Source: Raja brachyura
Taxonomy: Eukaryota
Length of the DNA stretch: 64,000 bases
NCBI GenBank assembly: GCA_963514005.1
Contig: OY740805.1
Span: forward strand, 19,096,001-19,160,000
Direction of reading: 5' to 3'
The position numbers and the translations under genes were made by a program. The notes under the pieces are model-generated. The model made no database searches, had not been told where the DNA came from, and was given only the letters and a program-made list of their open reading frames with translations. This document shows, piece after piece, positions 1 to 13,017 of the stretch. How positions within the stretch are numbered: position 1 is the first letter of the stretch; each line of letters begins with the position of its first letter.

Positions 1-144
1 CCCAGTGAGTTGTCCAGCGCTCACGGTGGACGAGGGAGGACAGCAACAGGCCAGGTAAATGAATAGGAGCACATACATGAGTCTAGCATTTCTTGTTTTT
101 ATGTTTTAATTTACAAGCCGCTTCACGCGAGGCAAGTTTTATTT

Positions 145-445
145 TCAGTCCGAAGAAGGGTCTCGACCCGAAACGTCACCCATTCAACGATAGACACACA
201 CAAGCTGGAGTAACTCAGCGGGACAGGCCGCATCTCTGGAGGGAAGGGATGGGTGATGTTTAGATCCAAATGCTGGAGAATTTCAGCAGGTCGAGACCCT
301 CCTGTCACCCATCCTTCGCTCTATAGATGCTGCTGCACCCGCTGAGTTTCTCCAGAATTTTGTGTACGCTCGATTTTGCTGCATCTGCAGTTCCTTCTTT
401 AACACTGCTGGAGTAATTCAGCGGGTCGAGATCCTTCTTCAGAAG
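145..445. mobile_element. Penelope-like element terminal (pLTR) fragments in alternating orientation
   Basis: Repeated motifs GAAGAAGGGTCTCGACCCGAAACGTCACC and (T)GCTGGAGTAACTCAGCGGG occur in both orientations. The same motif family recurs at 23450-23537, 26270-26680 and 46695-46780. Confidence 0.7.
150..177 (+). ncRNA. Minimal type I hammerhead ribozyme motif (Penelope-associated), core variant CCGAAGA
   Basis: C(C)GAAGA-A-GGGT/CTCG/ACCC-GAAAC-GTC gives the hammerhead core, a stem II hairpin, a palindromic ACGT stem III and a GUC site. The conserved U4 is C here. Confidence 0.55.
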
Positions 446-859
446 ACGAGCCCCCCCCGCACCCCCAACCACCTTCCACCTCAATGTACGCCTGGGCACC
501 AAAGCAGCTCAAGAGGCGAACCCTGAGCTCCGTCTCCCAACAATCTGAACAGCGGCTGCGGCCGGCCGGCACCCGGCATGGACTTCTCACACCCTCACAC
601 ACTTTTACTCTCACCTAGTCCCATCTCACCTGCACTCAGACCGGAGCGTGGCAAGTGGGTTACTGACCCCGATCCCCTCCTTCACAACGCCAGACTGCCC
701 AAACACTGTGAACGGAGCTCTCCCCCCACCCTGGGAACTACAGTATTTAAAAACATAAAGCACAAAGAAATGCACTTACCACATTATTGGTACATTAAGT
801 CCATTCTCCATTTGTTTGCTAAGATACTATTAAAATAATGGCAATCCATATTTGAACAT

Positions 860-1180
860 CCCGCCAAGAAACTCGCGATGCGCATGCGCAGAAAGATGAT
901 GCACATGCGCAGTGCTGCAAAGGCAGAATTTCTGCTGCCTTCAGCTCCCATTGAATCTCACGGCTCAGGCAGCGCTGACGGCACGGGGGCTGCACAGAGC
1001 TTCCCGTGTTACAAGCGCTGCGGGTGAAAGGCACGGAGAATTATGCCTACCTAAGAGATCGATCTCTTAGACAGGCATAATTCTCCAATGCCTTTACTAT
1101 TTATATTTAAAAATTGCCATTTCATAATTTTAGTCAGGGTAGGCAGTGCCTACCTTGCCTACCCTGACGGCACGTGCCTG
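860..1180. mobile_element. Non-autonomous DNA transposon end (TIR-like CAGGCACGTGCCGTCAG on - strand) with internal palindrome
   Basis: CTGACGGCACG occurs at ~975 and ~1164. There is a 52-bp palindrome at 1035-1086. The element abuts and truncates the Gypsy integrase relative to the paralogous copy at 36710-36860. Confidence 0.45.
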
Positions 1181-1186
1181 GTCGGC

Positions 1187-4100
1187 AGCGACCGTGGACC
1201 ACGGCAGAGGAGGAACCGGGTGCGAGAGCAAAAGTTGTTTCTGTTGGCGTAGCGCTAGGCTGTTGCAGATAGTGCAGACTTCGACTTTTTCGCTTATATA
1301 CTTCGTCATACCAGGCCAATAAAACATGCTGTGCGGTTGTTGTAGGGTTGTTTCCACACCGGGTTGGCCCCTGTGGACGGCAGGAAATACTTGTCCCGAA
1401 GAACGGCTGGGATGACTGCTTTGTGAACCTTGACTATAATCCCATCCTGTTGTGCCAGTTCGTCACGAACTAGGTAGTATGGGTGATCCCAAGTGAGGTA
1501 CTGTGTTATTTATCCGGCCAGCCATTTGGGATGACTGAAGACATTAATTGTAGAGTCCCATCAGCAGACGTGTGCTCTGTCAGGCTGCTTGGGCATTCAG
1601 TGGGAACAAACGGCACCCTCAGTACTGAGAACTGGTCCTGTTCTGAGGGCTGGTGTTCGCAGGTTTTGCGTGGGGCTCTTGATAGCGTGTCAGCTATGTG
1701 CATGTCCATGCCCTTTTTGTGGACTATAGTAAATTCGAAACGCTGTAGCTGCATCATGATCCGTTGCAGGCGAGCCGGAGCGGCGTGGATGGGTTTAGGA
1801 TAGTGACCAGCGGCTGGTGGTCTGTTTCCATAGTCACAGATTTTCGAAAAATAATGCATTTGGATTTCGTGCAGGCGAAAACCACAGCAAGTAATTCCAT
1901 TTGGATTTGGTCGTAACGTTGTTCCGTTTCAGTCAGGGTGCGGCAGGCCTGAGGTCGTCATCGGTGGAGGTTTGTTGGCAAACTGCGCCAAGTCCATAAT
2001 GGGACTCATCACGTAAGTGACATTGGCAACTTCAAAGCAAAATATGCGAGAGTGGGAACGCTGGCCGGCTGCAACTTAAGGATTTCGAAGGTTCTTTGGT
2101 GCTGTGAGTATCAGGACCAGACAGTGTATGTGTGTGTCAGTTCCCGCAGGGGGCAGATATATCGCTGAGGTTGGGATTTAATTTCCCCAGGTAGTTGAGC
2201 ATTCCCCGGAATCTCTGTAAACTCGTAACGTCAGTACGAACTGGCATCTCGTTGATGGCCGTGGTCTTGGTTAGGTCCATCACTGGGGAAAACATGGCCG
2301 ACAGAGTGACCCGTTCTGTGACCCGAATTCTGCATTTTAGAGGGTTGAGCTTGCGATAAATGTGTATAGCACAGTCTAATACTTTTTTTTAATGTGCATC
2401 ATGTTCAGCCATGTTCTGTCCTGCAGCGAGAATGACATCGACAATAATGGCGCACGGATACCCCGCAAACAATTGTTCCATTGTGCTCTGGAAAACTTCG
2501 TTGGCAGAGTTGATGCCGAAGGGCATTTTCAGGAATTTGTAGCGGCCGAAGGGAGTGCCGACCGTCGTGAGGTTGGATGAGTCAGGGTCCGGCCAAAACG
2601 AACTTTTAGCATCCAGGACAGAGAACACAGATGCACTGTGACTCTGAGCAGCAAATTCCTCCACCGTTCGCATCGGGCAGTGTGGGCGTTTGATCGCTGT
2701 GTTGAGGGTGGATGCAGATACGGATTTCCTCCTTGTTTTTCTTTGTTGTAACCACTATGGTGGAAACCCAGTCAGATGGGTCAGTACCGTGGCAATGACA
2801 CCCTGGGAGACCATGAACTGGAGCTCATTTTGTACTCCGTCCCTCACGGCATGTGGAATGTGGTGTGGAGCTCTGACCAGAGAAGTGCATTTTGTATCAG
2901 TGGCGATATTTTACTTGATTGTACTTGACGACGAGATTGGAAAGCTGCCCTGAAGAAAGCTAATGGAATGTTAGCCTTCATAACAAGAGGATTTCAGTAC
3001 AGGAGTAAAGAGGTTCTTCTGCAGTTGTATGGGTCTCTGTTGAGACCACATCCGCAGTATTGTGTACAGTTTTGGCCTCCTAATTTGAGGAAGGACATCC
3101 TTGTGATTGAGGCAGTGCAGCGTAGTTTCACGAGATTGATCCCTGTGATGGCGGGACTGTCATATGAGGAACGGTTGAAAAGACTAGGCTGGTATTCACT
3201 GGAGTTTAGAAGGATGAGGGGGGATCATATAGAAACATATAAAATTATAAAATGACTGGACAAGCTAGATGCAGGAAAAATGTTCCCAATGTTGGGTGAG
3301 TCCAGAACCAAGGTCCACTGTCTTAGAATAAGGGGGAGGTCATTTAAGACTGAGGTGAGAACAAACTTTTTTACCCAGAGAGTTGTGAATATATGGAATT
3401 CCCTACCACGGAGGGCAGTGGAGGCCAAGTCACTGGATGGATTTAAAAGAGAGTTGGATAGAGCTCTAGGGGCTAGTGGAGTCAAGGGTTATGGGGAGAA
3501 GGCAGCCACGGTTTATTGAGAGCGGACGATCAGACATGATCACAATGAATGGCGGTGCTGGCTCGAAGGGCCGAATGGCCTCCTCCAACAGCTATTTTCT
3601 ATGTTTCTATGGTCCGAGCTCCACACCACATTCCACAAGCCATGAACCACTGTATTGTGAGAGTATGTGTTGAGTAGAGCCCCCAGTGTGAGCGATTTGA
3701 TGGACAGCAGGCCCAAACGAGGCCAGGCCTTGATCCTGGCATGCAGCGGTGGCAGAATCCCCACATAAAATGAGAACTTCAGTTTGTGAGCCTGTGATGC
3801 AGTTTAATTCCGTTTCTCCAAGCGGGTGCAATACCTCACCCCCATCGGCTCGTAGCGTGGTCGTAGTGTTTTCAACATGTTCAGTTATATGTATCCGTTT
3901 AAATGCACGGAGCGAGAACGGGAACATTTCATGAAGTGATTAAATTGTTTACAGTAGTGGCAAATTTAGCTGTAGGCGGCACATAATTGTCGACCTGGAA
4001 CGTGTGAGTTGTACAGTTGGCACAGCGTTCGATAGACCTTTGAGGCTGCGAGGGAGGGTGGGTTGTGGACCCCGGTTACGGTATCAGGTGTTGGCAGCAT

Positions 4101-4769
4101 GAAGATTAAACTGGGAACGTATCACCAGTTAGTATAGCGATTCTGCAAGCATGTTCAGCTTGGTTCAAAGTGAATTCTGTGTTCCGTAACAATTTGTCTC
4201 GTACGTTGTCACTGAGTAAACCTCCTACGAGTTTAGCGAGGATGAAATTGTCACATAAATCTCCAAAGCGGCAACGTGTAGCCATGTGTTTTAAATCACT
4301 AAACATGATCTCAATCGGTTCACCTTGTTGCTGGAAGCGAGCAAAAAAACAAGTGCGTTCAATAATGGAGTTGGCTCGCAAGTTGCATCGCTGACTGATC
4401 TTAACGAGTAAAACCGCAGGGTAGTCAATTGTGTCTGAAGGCATCACAATCTGGTTGTTGTGGTCCATGACAGCAGGTGCGCGACTAAAACGCTCGGCGC
4501 GCTTCATTGCTTCAGGGCCAGCAAGACTTAAAAGTACAGAAGCACGCACCTCTGGTGGATCGTTGCGATAAGAAACACGGAAGTAATGGGTGTAGTCGCG
4601 CTCGAAGAGGCGCCATCGTTCAGCGATGTCGAAGTCAAAGATCAAAGGATCTGGACGGCGATTTGCCATGGTAGAGATACACAACAGTACACAAAAACAA
4701 ACAGGATAGATGACATAAAAACCGATATACTTGAACGCGGAGTGGGTCAGGAACTACTTCTTGACACCA
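1187..4769 (-). mobile_element. Degenerate Ty3/Gypsy LTR retrotransposon internal region (gag-PR-RT-RH-INT), copy 1
   Basis: PBS TGGTGTCAAGAAGT at 4769-4756; gag ORF 4106-4684; protease 3607-3927; RT (LDAKSSFW, TPFGRYKFLKMPFGI, IIVDVIL) 2389-2673; RNase H/integrase (IADTLSR, YWPGM, CTIC) 1187-1859. Many frameshifts. Confidence 0.93.
2951..3611 (+). mobile_element. CR1 LINE 3' fragment nested in Gypsy copy 1
   Basis: ORF2 C-terminus (YCVQFW, LEFRRMRGD, FFTQRVVNIWNSLP), 3' hairpin and TTTCTATG tail. Confidence 0.93.
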
Positions 4770-4799
4770 TTTAACTCGCACAACATGGTAAACATATTT

Positions 4800-7121
4800 C
4801 TTATAGTTTACTCGCAGTGCACTTCAGCATAGTGCTAAGGCAAGCGTAGCAACCGTTCACCCCACAGTATGAACTGGATTCTGATAATATAAACCGCATT
4901 GGGTGCTGAGAAGTAACCAATCTACACAAACTTAGATGGCATGTGCTTGAGGTGAGAGGGAAGACATTTATGATGGACATCGGAAACAAATTATTTCACT
5001 CAGAAGGCGGTACTTTCCTGTATTGAAGCGACAGAACCGGATATAATTATGACTTTAATAGACATTTGGCCAAATATATGGATACAATGGATTCCGAGAG
5101 AAATGGACAAAATACCGGCAAATAGGATAGGCCCATCTGCCAACTTGTTCGGCATAGAAAAAGTTCGCCAACAGACCTGTTTCGTGCTGCACAGCCCCAT
5201 AACTATAAATCGCTCCAAATGTCGTCAGCGATCTAATACAAGATTCCTTATGCACGGTGTCGACTCTAAACATTGGCAATCCGGTTTGTCTGCACACATT
5301 CTGCTTCACTCGTTGAGTTATTTTATTTCTCCACATATCGGTATCTGATGTCTCTTGTGTCTCAGTATTCAGAACTGCTCGTTTGAAAATATTGAAGAAC
5401 GAACCAATCTATTTCTCCCTACTCGTAATCTACTCTGCGTGGATTATTTGGCAGCAACAATGCCGAAATCCAATTTATTTCAGAGGGAAATAGATAAACT
5501 CTACACGTTCCCGCTGTTGTTAGCTACAGTAATGCTGGCCTACAGAAACATAGTTATATGTATCGCCAGTGGGGAAAGAAAATTACATTTTTGTATGGAG
5601 ATCATCAGCATTTTCTACAGCACCTATGCTGGAGTCTTCATTAAAAGGATAAGATAGTGTCAGTCATTTTTGTAACTATAGCAGATGTGTGTCACTGGTG
5701 ATTGCTTCTTCGTCATTAAAGCCTGGAAGGGGGAGTTACAGAGGGCGTCCAGTGAACTTCAAAAAAATATTCATGGAAGTGTGTATATGTCAACAATATG
5801 TTCCGTAGGAGTAATGTCACCCAATGTCATGAAACCTGCGAATGCTTCGTTTAGATCTCTGCTACAATACGGTTTTCACCCGGGCAGAAAACGTACTGAG
5901 ATCTTTACCGTCAACAAACACCGTTTGATATTTTCACTGATAACTGTGACACCAAAAATTCTATGAATTCGTTTTTTTTGGCTATTTACTCTAACCACAG
6001 GGTATCCTTAAATGGTGTGGGGGGTGGGGGGTGCACGCAAGAAGCTGCAGATGCTGGAATCATGAACGATAGCACACTGCCAGAAGAACTCGGCAGGCCA
6101 GGCAAAATGTTTGAACGGTTGGACAGAGTGTTTGGAGTCGGGACATGCTCCATTTTGAAGATACCTATCGCCGTGTTATGGAATGAAAATCTGATCGTGC
6201 AGCCACACTTTACTCTGATATTTGCGCCTGACAACATCGACTGACAATGCAAGCTAAATGCCTAAAACATCCCTGGTGTCTGTTTTCTTCCGTTGTTTTG
6301 CAAGATTCCAGGTAATATTGGTCTCCAACAACGACTTCGTTTATATTTTCGAAATCCAGCGAAATATTTTGGCGTGTAAGCATAGATAATATTAGGCAAA
6401 TTCGAAAGGGAATCTGGACGAAACGTGTCATGGTTTTATCATATTTACAACTAAACGTCATGCAGCGTTTCGAGGTGAGACGCTTACGATGGAAGTGAGG
6501 CTCCATCACTGATCATCAATTGCATGCATGTGAATCGCGTTAGACTGGAATCTATTTGAAGAATAAATATTCTTGCAATTACACTTTCGAGAATCCGAAA
6601 ATGAGATGTCCATTGGAAGATTGCGTCATTCTAACTTGCAACAAACCTGTTCAAGATCAAAGCATGTTGAAATTACTGGACACATTATAGACGTTTATGA
6701 TGATTCCAGTAATTGAGCAGTCTCTCGAACTCTAACGTGATTGTTACGAGATGGATTTTCATGAGAAATAGGGGGGGGGGGGGGGGCATGTAATTTAAGA
6801 CTGTAGCGATATATTGTGTACATTGTCCACTGTATAGCACATGATTTACACGTCATAGTTATCAACAGAAATCGATACCAATGTTCTGTTCTCCACCCTA
6901 TGCTCTGATTTGCTCATACATACAAATAAATCATATGCAGCAATTCTTCTGGAGACCAAGAACGGGGATTAAACGGCCCAATGGGTACCAAAATTACCCG
7001 TTGAATTTAGACTGTTTAACAAAATGTCCTCTTGGACGTATGCTTGAAATATTGCGGAACGAAAATGTTTCTCTCAACAGTAAACGAACCCATCTCTCAG
7101 TATTCACTTTAACGTTCAAGA
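4800..7121 (-). pseudogene. Heavily decayed intronless LRR + 7TM (LGR-like) gene fossil, copy 1
   Basis: Fragmentary translations in gene order: FRPDSLSNLPNIIY (~6423-6382), NEAFAGFMTL (~5851-5822), TM1-like IHITMFL.ASITVANNSGN (~5570-5505), CRQTG...SLTT/LERFIV (TM3, ~5295-5200), GILSISLGIH (TM4). Confidence 0.45.
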
Positions 7122-7395
7122 CTCCAGCATCTTCCCCGGCACCGATGTCAGGCTAACTGGTCTATAATTTCCCGTTTTCACACTGCCGCCTTTCTTAAAA
7201 AGTGGGATAACATTAGCTACTCTCCAATCCACATGAACTGATCCTGAGTTTATTGAGCATTGGGAGCAGATCATCAGGGCCTGGGGATTTATCGGCCTTT
7301 AGTCCCAATAGTCTATCCAACACCATTTCCTGCCTAATGTGGATTTCCTTCAGTTACTCTGTCACCTAAGATCCTGTGGCCACTACTACATCAGA
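7122..7395 (-). mobile_element. CR1 LINE RT fragment
   Basis: Reverse strand encodes the ...PLFKKGGS..TGNYRPVSLTSV.GKML motif. Confidence 0.75.
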
Positions 7396-7495
7396 TAATA
7401 GAACAAGTTGTCCTATAACTAGAGATTGTGCACGCCATACGTGAGAAGAAGACGAAGAATTGACGGGTCGCGCACTAAATTGATGGTGGTGGTCG

Positions 7496-7637
7496 NNNNN
7501 NNNNNNNNNNNNNNNNNNNNNNNNNNNNNNNNNNNNNNNNNNNNNNNNNNNNNNNNNNNNNNNNNNNNNNNNNNNNNNNNNNNNNNNNNNNNNNNNNNNN
7601 NNNNNNNNNNNNNNNNNNNNNNNNNNNNNNNNNNNNN
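7496..7637. other. Assembly gap (142 N)
   Basis: Run of N. Confidence 1.
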
Positions 7638-8499
7638 TGGGGGTCCAGGGGCATTATTAGTTCGTTTCCGTTTCGGAAAACAGGAGGTTTTTTATTCTAG
7701 TTTCCAATGCAGAATCATGTTTTTGTTGTCAAATACAAGGTAAATGAATGTGCCCGCTTAGACATCTCATACGCCTGGGAATGTTTTAAAAGAACACGAG
7801 GCCGCAGTAAATACGGATGATGTTCAGGGCAAATATCCAATTCTGATCCACACAGAGAGGGCGAGTAGCACGAAGCTGTAGAACTTGATATCGAGTCAGA
7901 TAGGCAGGGTGCCCATACAGAAGATTTCTCAGATTTCTCAGGTGTACGTTTTGTTTCGGCATCGAAATACAGGAAGTCACAAGCAGACAGATCAGACATG
8001 GTCAGGCAGCGCGCAAGAACAATAAGGTGACCGCTCACATAAGACCAGTATCGTCTCTGCAGAGTGATTGCATAGCGAACACTCACTCGGTGTTGGATAT
8101 CAGCAATGCCGAGGTAAGCGCACGATGCTTCTCTTCAGATGCAGTATGTTAGATTGAAAAGAGTGTAATTTAATCAAGGATATTTGCGTTGCAATGGCGG
8201 TAGCTACATCTTTTCTCCGTGCACCAGGGAAGAAACAGATCGGCGACAAAGAGGAGCTCCTTTCAATGACACTGACACTGCGGCAAGTGGTAAAAACTGG
8301 ATTTTTCCCAGCGAGCAAAGGATTCTGAAGGACATCGGGAATGAAACTGATCGGCTGGATCATACATTTGTCCAGATGGCAGACTTGTGTAGATAATCAC
8401 AACGGACTGCGATCACGAACTTCAGTATAATCGTTGGAAGTTCAGCTATAATACGCATGCAGTGTATTTGTGCCACATACGTATTTTCAGCGTTGAAAT

Positions 8500-10167
8500 G
8501 TGCCCGTGCACGAGTACGTCGTCGCCTGCAGTATTTGTGCTCAGAACAAGACCTCGCGTCGGCCCGCCTTTGGCCTCCTGAATCCGTTGCCTGTCCCCTC
8601 ACGCCCCTGGTCAGAGATCTCCATGGACTTTGTCACGGGCCTGCCCTCTTCTGAAGGCAACACCACAGTCATGACTGTGGTCATATATTCTAAGATGGTC
8701 CGTTTAATTCCGTTGCACAAGCTACCCTCCGCCAGGAAGACGGTAGAGGTCATGTTGTCTCATATTTTTCGAATTCATGGATTTCCCAGAGACATTGTGT
8801 CTGACCGGGGCCTCAGTTCGTGTCCAGGTTTTGGAAGGTGTTTTGTTCTCTGTTGGACGCCACGGTCAGCCTTACGTCTGGTTATCACCCGGAATCCAAT
8901 GGACAGACTGAACGCCTTAACCAGGAATTGGACACAGGAACTGCGGTGCTTGGTGGCACAGACTCCTTCAACTTGGAGCAAACACCTTATTTGGGTGGAG
9001 TATGCACACAACACACTCCTTTGCTTATCCTCTGGTCTCTCTCCATTCCAGTGTGCCTATGGTTATTAACCGCCATTGTTATCTGCTGTGGAGAAGGAGT
9101 CCAGTGTGCCCTCCGCTCAGGCTCTCATGCGTCGCTGTCGCAAGGTTTGGAATGGGGCTCGTCAGATGCTGTTGTGCAGTTCTGCACGTTACAAGAGGAT
9201 GGCTGATCGTGGAAGAACGCCAGCTCCAGTATACTAGCCGGGCCAAAAGGTGTGGCTGTCCACTCGAGACTGACCTCTGAGGATTGAATCCCGGAAGCTG
9301 GCTCCTCGTTTTGTTGGTCCTTTCCCGATATCGAAGGTCATCAATCCTGTGGCAGTTCGTCTCAGACTCCCACGTGCCATGAGGGTCCACCCTACTTTCC
9401 ATGTCTCCCGACTGAAGCCAGTTAAGGAGAGTTCTCTGGTCCCTGCCTCCACACCCTCTCCGCCCCCCCGGTTCCTTGATGGGGGGTCCAGTGTTTACGG
9501 TCATCCGGTTGCTGGGGATGCTCCGGCGTGGTCGTGGTTGTCAGTATCTGGTGGATTGGGAGCGTTATGGACCTGAGTAGCGGTCTTGGGTGCCGGCTCG
9601 CAACATATGCGACCCGGATCTTATCAGGGAATATCGGCGCCAGCATCCTGACGATCCTGGGCCGTCAGGAGCCGGCCGTGGAGGGGGAGGGGGAGGGGGT
9701 ACTGTGAGGTCTCGCGTTTGATCTAGTTTCGAGTTGTTGGTTTTTAGTATTAGAGTTTGCATTCTTGTTTTATTTTGGTGTCTCACATCTCCCCTTGTTT
9801 CAGGTCCCATTTCCTGTCATGTCGTTTTCCCTCATGTGATTGTTGGCCCCACCCTGATGTGTTTCACCTGTGTCTCGTTATCCCATGTTAAGTCTGTATT
9901 TAAGCCCTTTGTGTTTTAGTTCTCATTGCCAGTTAGTTGTGTATGCTACTTGGTATTACCTCGTTCCAGTTCTAGAAATATTGTGACTTTGTGAACTAGA
10001 CCATTGCCTGTTTTTCGATCACTGTTTTTGCCTGCTCCTAGATTATATTGTTGCTTCTGTGCTTGCTTACCTGTGTACCGACTTGGACCGAATAAACTCT
10101 GAATACGGATCTGCCCTGTGTCTGAGCCTGCATTTGTGTCCTCCTCGTTCAGTTCTCGTTCAGGACA
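8500..10167 (+). mobile_element. Chromovirus-type (Sushi/Tf2-like) Gypsy 3' half: integrase, chromodomain, PPT and 3' LTR
   Basis: [48 protein letters not shown]; chromodomain [17 protein letters not shown] (~9540-9600); polypurine tract 9680-9699; LTR TG...CA at 9703-10167 with AATAAA at 10091. Confidence 0.92.
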
Positions 10168-10169
10168 CA

Positions 10170-10245
10170 AGCACCCGGAAACAGGATCGAACCCGTATCT
10201 CTGGCGCTGTAAGGCAGTAGGCCTACCGCAGCGCTACCGTCCAGC
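10170..10245 (-). mobile_element. tRNA-derived SINE head fragment
   Basis: Reverse strand has A-box-like GGTAGCGCTGCGGTAG and B-box GGTTCGATCC. Confidence 0.65.
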
Positions 10246-10249
10246 CCCA

Positions 10250-11480
10250 CTGAAAACCTCTCTATCCTATTCTTCCTTGCAAATATCATGTTTTTATACA
10301 TGTACTATGGCTTTCAAATGAATGAGTGAATATTCCATGCAACATATTGTCGAAGTGAACCAAAATATCATGTCTTCACCAGAAGACGGTATGAAGTATG
10401 TGAACATTTCTTAAACTCTCTCAGATGCCTATTAGGTTATTGTTATGTCAACCAGGATGCAATGACATTCCTGCATGTTATCCAGATTACACGGTCCTTG
10501 TTCATCAATCAATGAAAGTAATCACGCAGGTACAGCAGACAGTGAAGAAAGCGAATGGCATGTTGGCCTTTATAACAAGTTGAGTACGGTAGCAAATAGG
10601 TCCTTCTGCAGTTGTATAGGCCACTACTGAAATCACACCTGGAATATTATGGGCAGTTTTGGACCCCTAATTTGAGGGAGGACATTCTTGCTATTGATGG
10701 AACGCAGCGTAGGTTTACAGGGTTAATTGCCGGGATGGCGGGACTGTCATATGCTGAGAGAATGGAGCGGGTGGGTTTATATATTCTGGAGTTTAGAATA
10801 ATAAGAGGGGATCTTATTGAAACATGACAAGTGTGAATGACAGAAATGTCAGCATCAGAACGCCAACTCCTCCACTTTGAACATAAAACAATGTTATGAT
10901 TTTGGAATTTAGTCAATCACAGAAGCGCTTCAATAACCGGGAAGGGCAAATCAGCCTAATTGGCACAACATTTCAATTGGTATGAAGCGGTATTCAGCGA
11001 ATGTACACCCCTCGTTCTCCTGTTGAACGTGTGCATTTCGTAAAACCCTAATTGCGTGCGTTCAGGGGGCTGCCTTGCGAGGCGTAGCGACTCAGAAACC
11101 AAAAAAACGTAAGATCCCAGGCAACAACCACAGTTGGAGGTACCACCGCTTGTAAGGTCTTCTGATAGCACGTGCTGCAGGGAGAGCTCTATGTTCTGAT
11201 TTATAATTTAGAAATAGTGCACATTTACGCACAAAATAGAGAGAAGTAACTGGGTGAAATATTTCCAGCACTGGCTGCTGCTGTTGTAAGTTGCTGTATG
11301 TCTGATGGGTTGCATGCCAACGATGCACCACCTCAGCTCGATACGTTAGAGATACCGCATCTCCGGCACGTCAGGGTGAGGGGCACTATCATGAGTGAAA
11401 ATAATGTATTATTCGAAGTAATTCGGTGTAGTCTCTCAATTTCCCAATTGATGTGCATTTCCTGACAGCGTGCCATGGTA
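10250..11480 (-). pseudogene. Decayed LRR-coding fossil (continues at 12514-13017 / 17669-19100), interrupted by CR1
   Basis: FDNMLHGIFTHSFES (~10354-10311) resembles MDNMLHSLPLICFGEN at ~49703-49656. 11200-11480 is visibly homologous to 48030-48250 (+). Confidence 0.35.
10505..10827 (+). mobile_element. CR1 LINE fragment
   Basis: HLEYYGQFW...LEFRIIRGDLIET. Confidence 0.9.
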
Positions 11481-11487
11481 CTCATTG

Positions 11488-12506
11488 GAGGTATGTTACA
11501 AAACTTACCTTGAGCAGCGCTGCAGTTCTGCCGCTCCCCGTGTGCGTGACTTTGGCGCCCGTCAGAGGGGGGCGGGCTTAAAGTGCCGTTTTTCTACAGA
11601 CTGGGCAAATTGATCCATGTCGGGCGATTTCGTAGCGGAAGGAAAATCGCTCCGACATTTCATTAATGAAGGTATTTTTAAATTACGCTAGATTATTTAT
11701 TATCTAGAGTAATTTAAAAATCACCGTCAAAAGCCGTGAGCGCCGACAACGGGAAGGATTTTGCGTAGGGGGGAAAACAAGGTAAATAGTTTATTTTTAA
11801 ATTAAAAGTTGGTTTTCATGGAGGCTTTAATAATATTTTCATGTTGCGAAATGGGGTCCAAAAAAATGTATGAACCGGCTGTATTTTTCCTCCCGCAAAC
11901 CACAACGTTCCAATCCACCGCATTCCACTAAAACCCACTCGCTAGTTGATTTAAATGTCCATTAATTTACAGGTATTAAACACTAAATTCCTTCCATTTG
12001 GCCCAGAAATTCATGAACATGAGATTAAAAAATTATGTTATTTTGTGGATTATTGTGTGAATGTTATTTGGACACTTAGGCAATTTAAAAAAGTTTATCT
12101 TTTCTTAAGAAATAGATAGAAGTTTAGATCTACTCATTGAATTTTCTAATTAGCTACAATTAGATAACTAACTAATTATATGCTTTAATTTCAGGTCGTC
12201 CAAGTAAGATTGTTTCATATTTGTTTCAGAATGCTTCAATCTATAATAACTGAACATTTCATTGAGTTCTCTTAATTTTTAAGAAAATTATGGGCTTTTA
12301 ACGGTTCTTGATCACAGCTTTTGAGTTAAGTCAATTGAAAGGCAATGGGGAACAAGATGCTAATTTCCGAGTATGAAAATGGTCATAACTTTCTTAATAC
12401 TGAAGATATCAAAGTGAATTAAGTGTCAAATTAAACTTCTTTTTATGCTTTATCTGATAAATTGCAGACTTGATTTTTAAATTCTCAAAATGTTGTAACA
12501 TTGCTA
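11488..12506. mobile_element. Non-autonomous DNA transposon (~1.0 kb) with imperfect TIRs and TSD
   Basis: Termini GAGGTATGTTACAA and TTGTAACATTGCTA are imperfect inverted repeats. They are flanked by the direct repeat CTCATTG (11481-11487 and 12507-12513), extendable to TACTCATTG. No transposase ORF. Confidence 0.7.
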
Positions 12507-13017
12507 CTCATTGATTCAAACAACTTCAACGCGGGAATAATCTCCGCTGCACAGCCTTCACAATCTACAAGTAGATCCTGAACATTGAAATTCCATCTCG
12601 ACGACAAGAAAACTATGTGTTGGCGATTAAATCTGGCAGAACAATCTAAAAGCAGCAGGCGTTACATTGATTTTTTATGACTATTAAATGTAAAGTTATA
12701 TCTTCCTGAAGATCTACCACGGCAATGCGTTACAGGCTATGTTTAATGTATCCTGGCGTCTAGATTTTCATGCTTTACGTTAATGGAATTGGTAATTACT
12801 CTGAATTATAATCACGGTTCATCAAACTGGTTGTTCAAGTCAGGGTTAGCAGATAGTTTTCACTTTATGTAAATTAAAATCAAATCTTGTAATGCATTAA
12901 AATAAACATTGTTTCTCAGCTTCATAGACCATGAGCAAATTTAACAGATTTACGGTGGAAATAAAAAGGTTTCAAAAATAGTTTAATTGATGCTCACCGA
13001 CAAATTATACCCACTTT
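12470..13017 (+). repeat. Direct repeat copy 1 (~548 bp) flanking L1
   Basis: Near-identical to 17625-18171; about 7 differences counted by eye. Confidence 0.95.
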
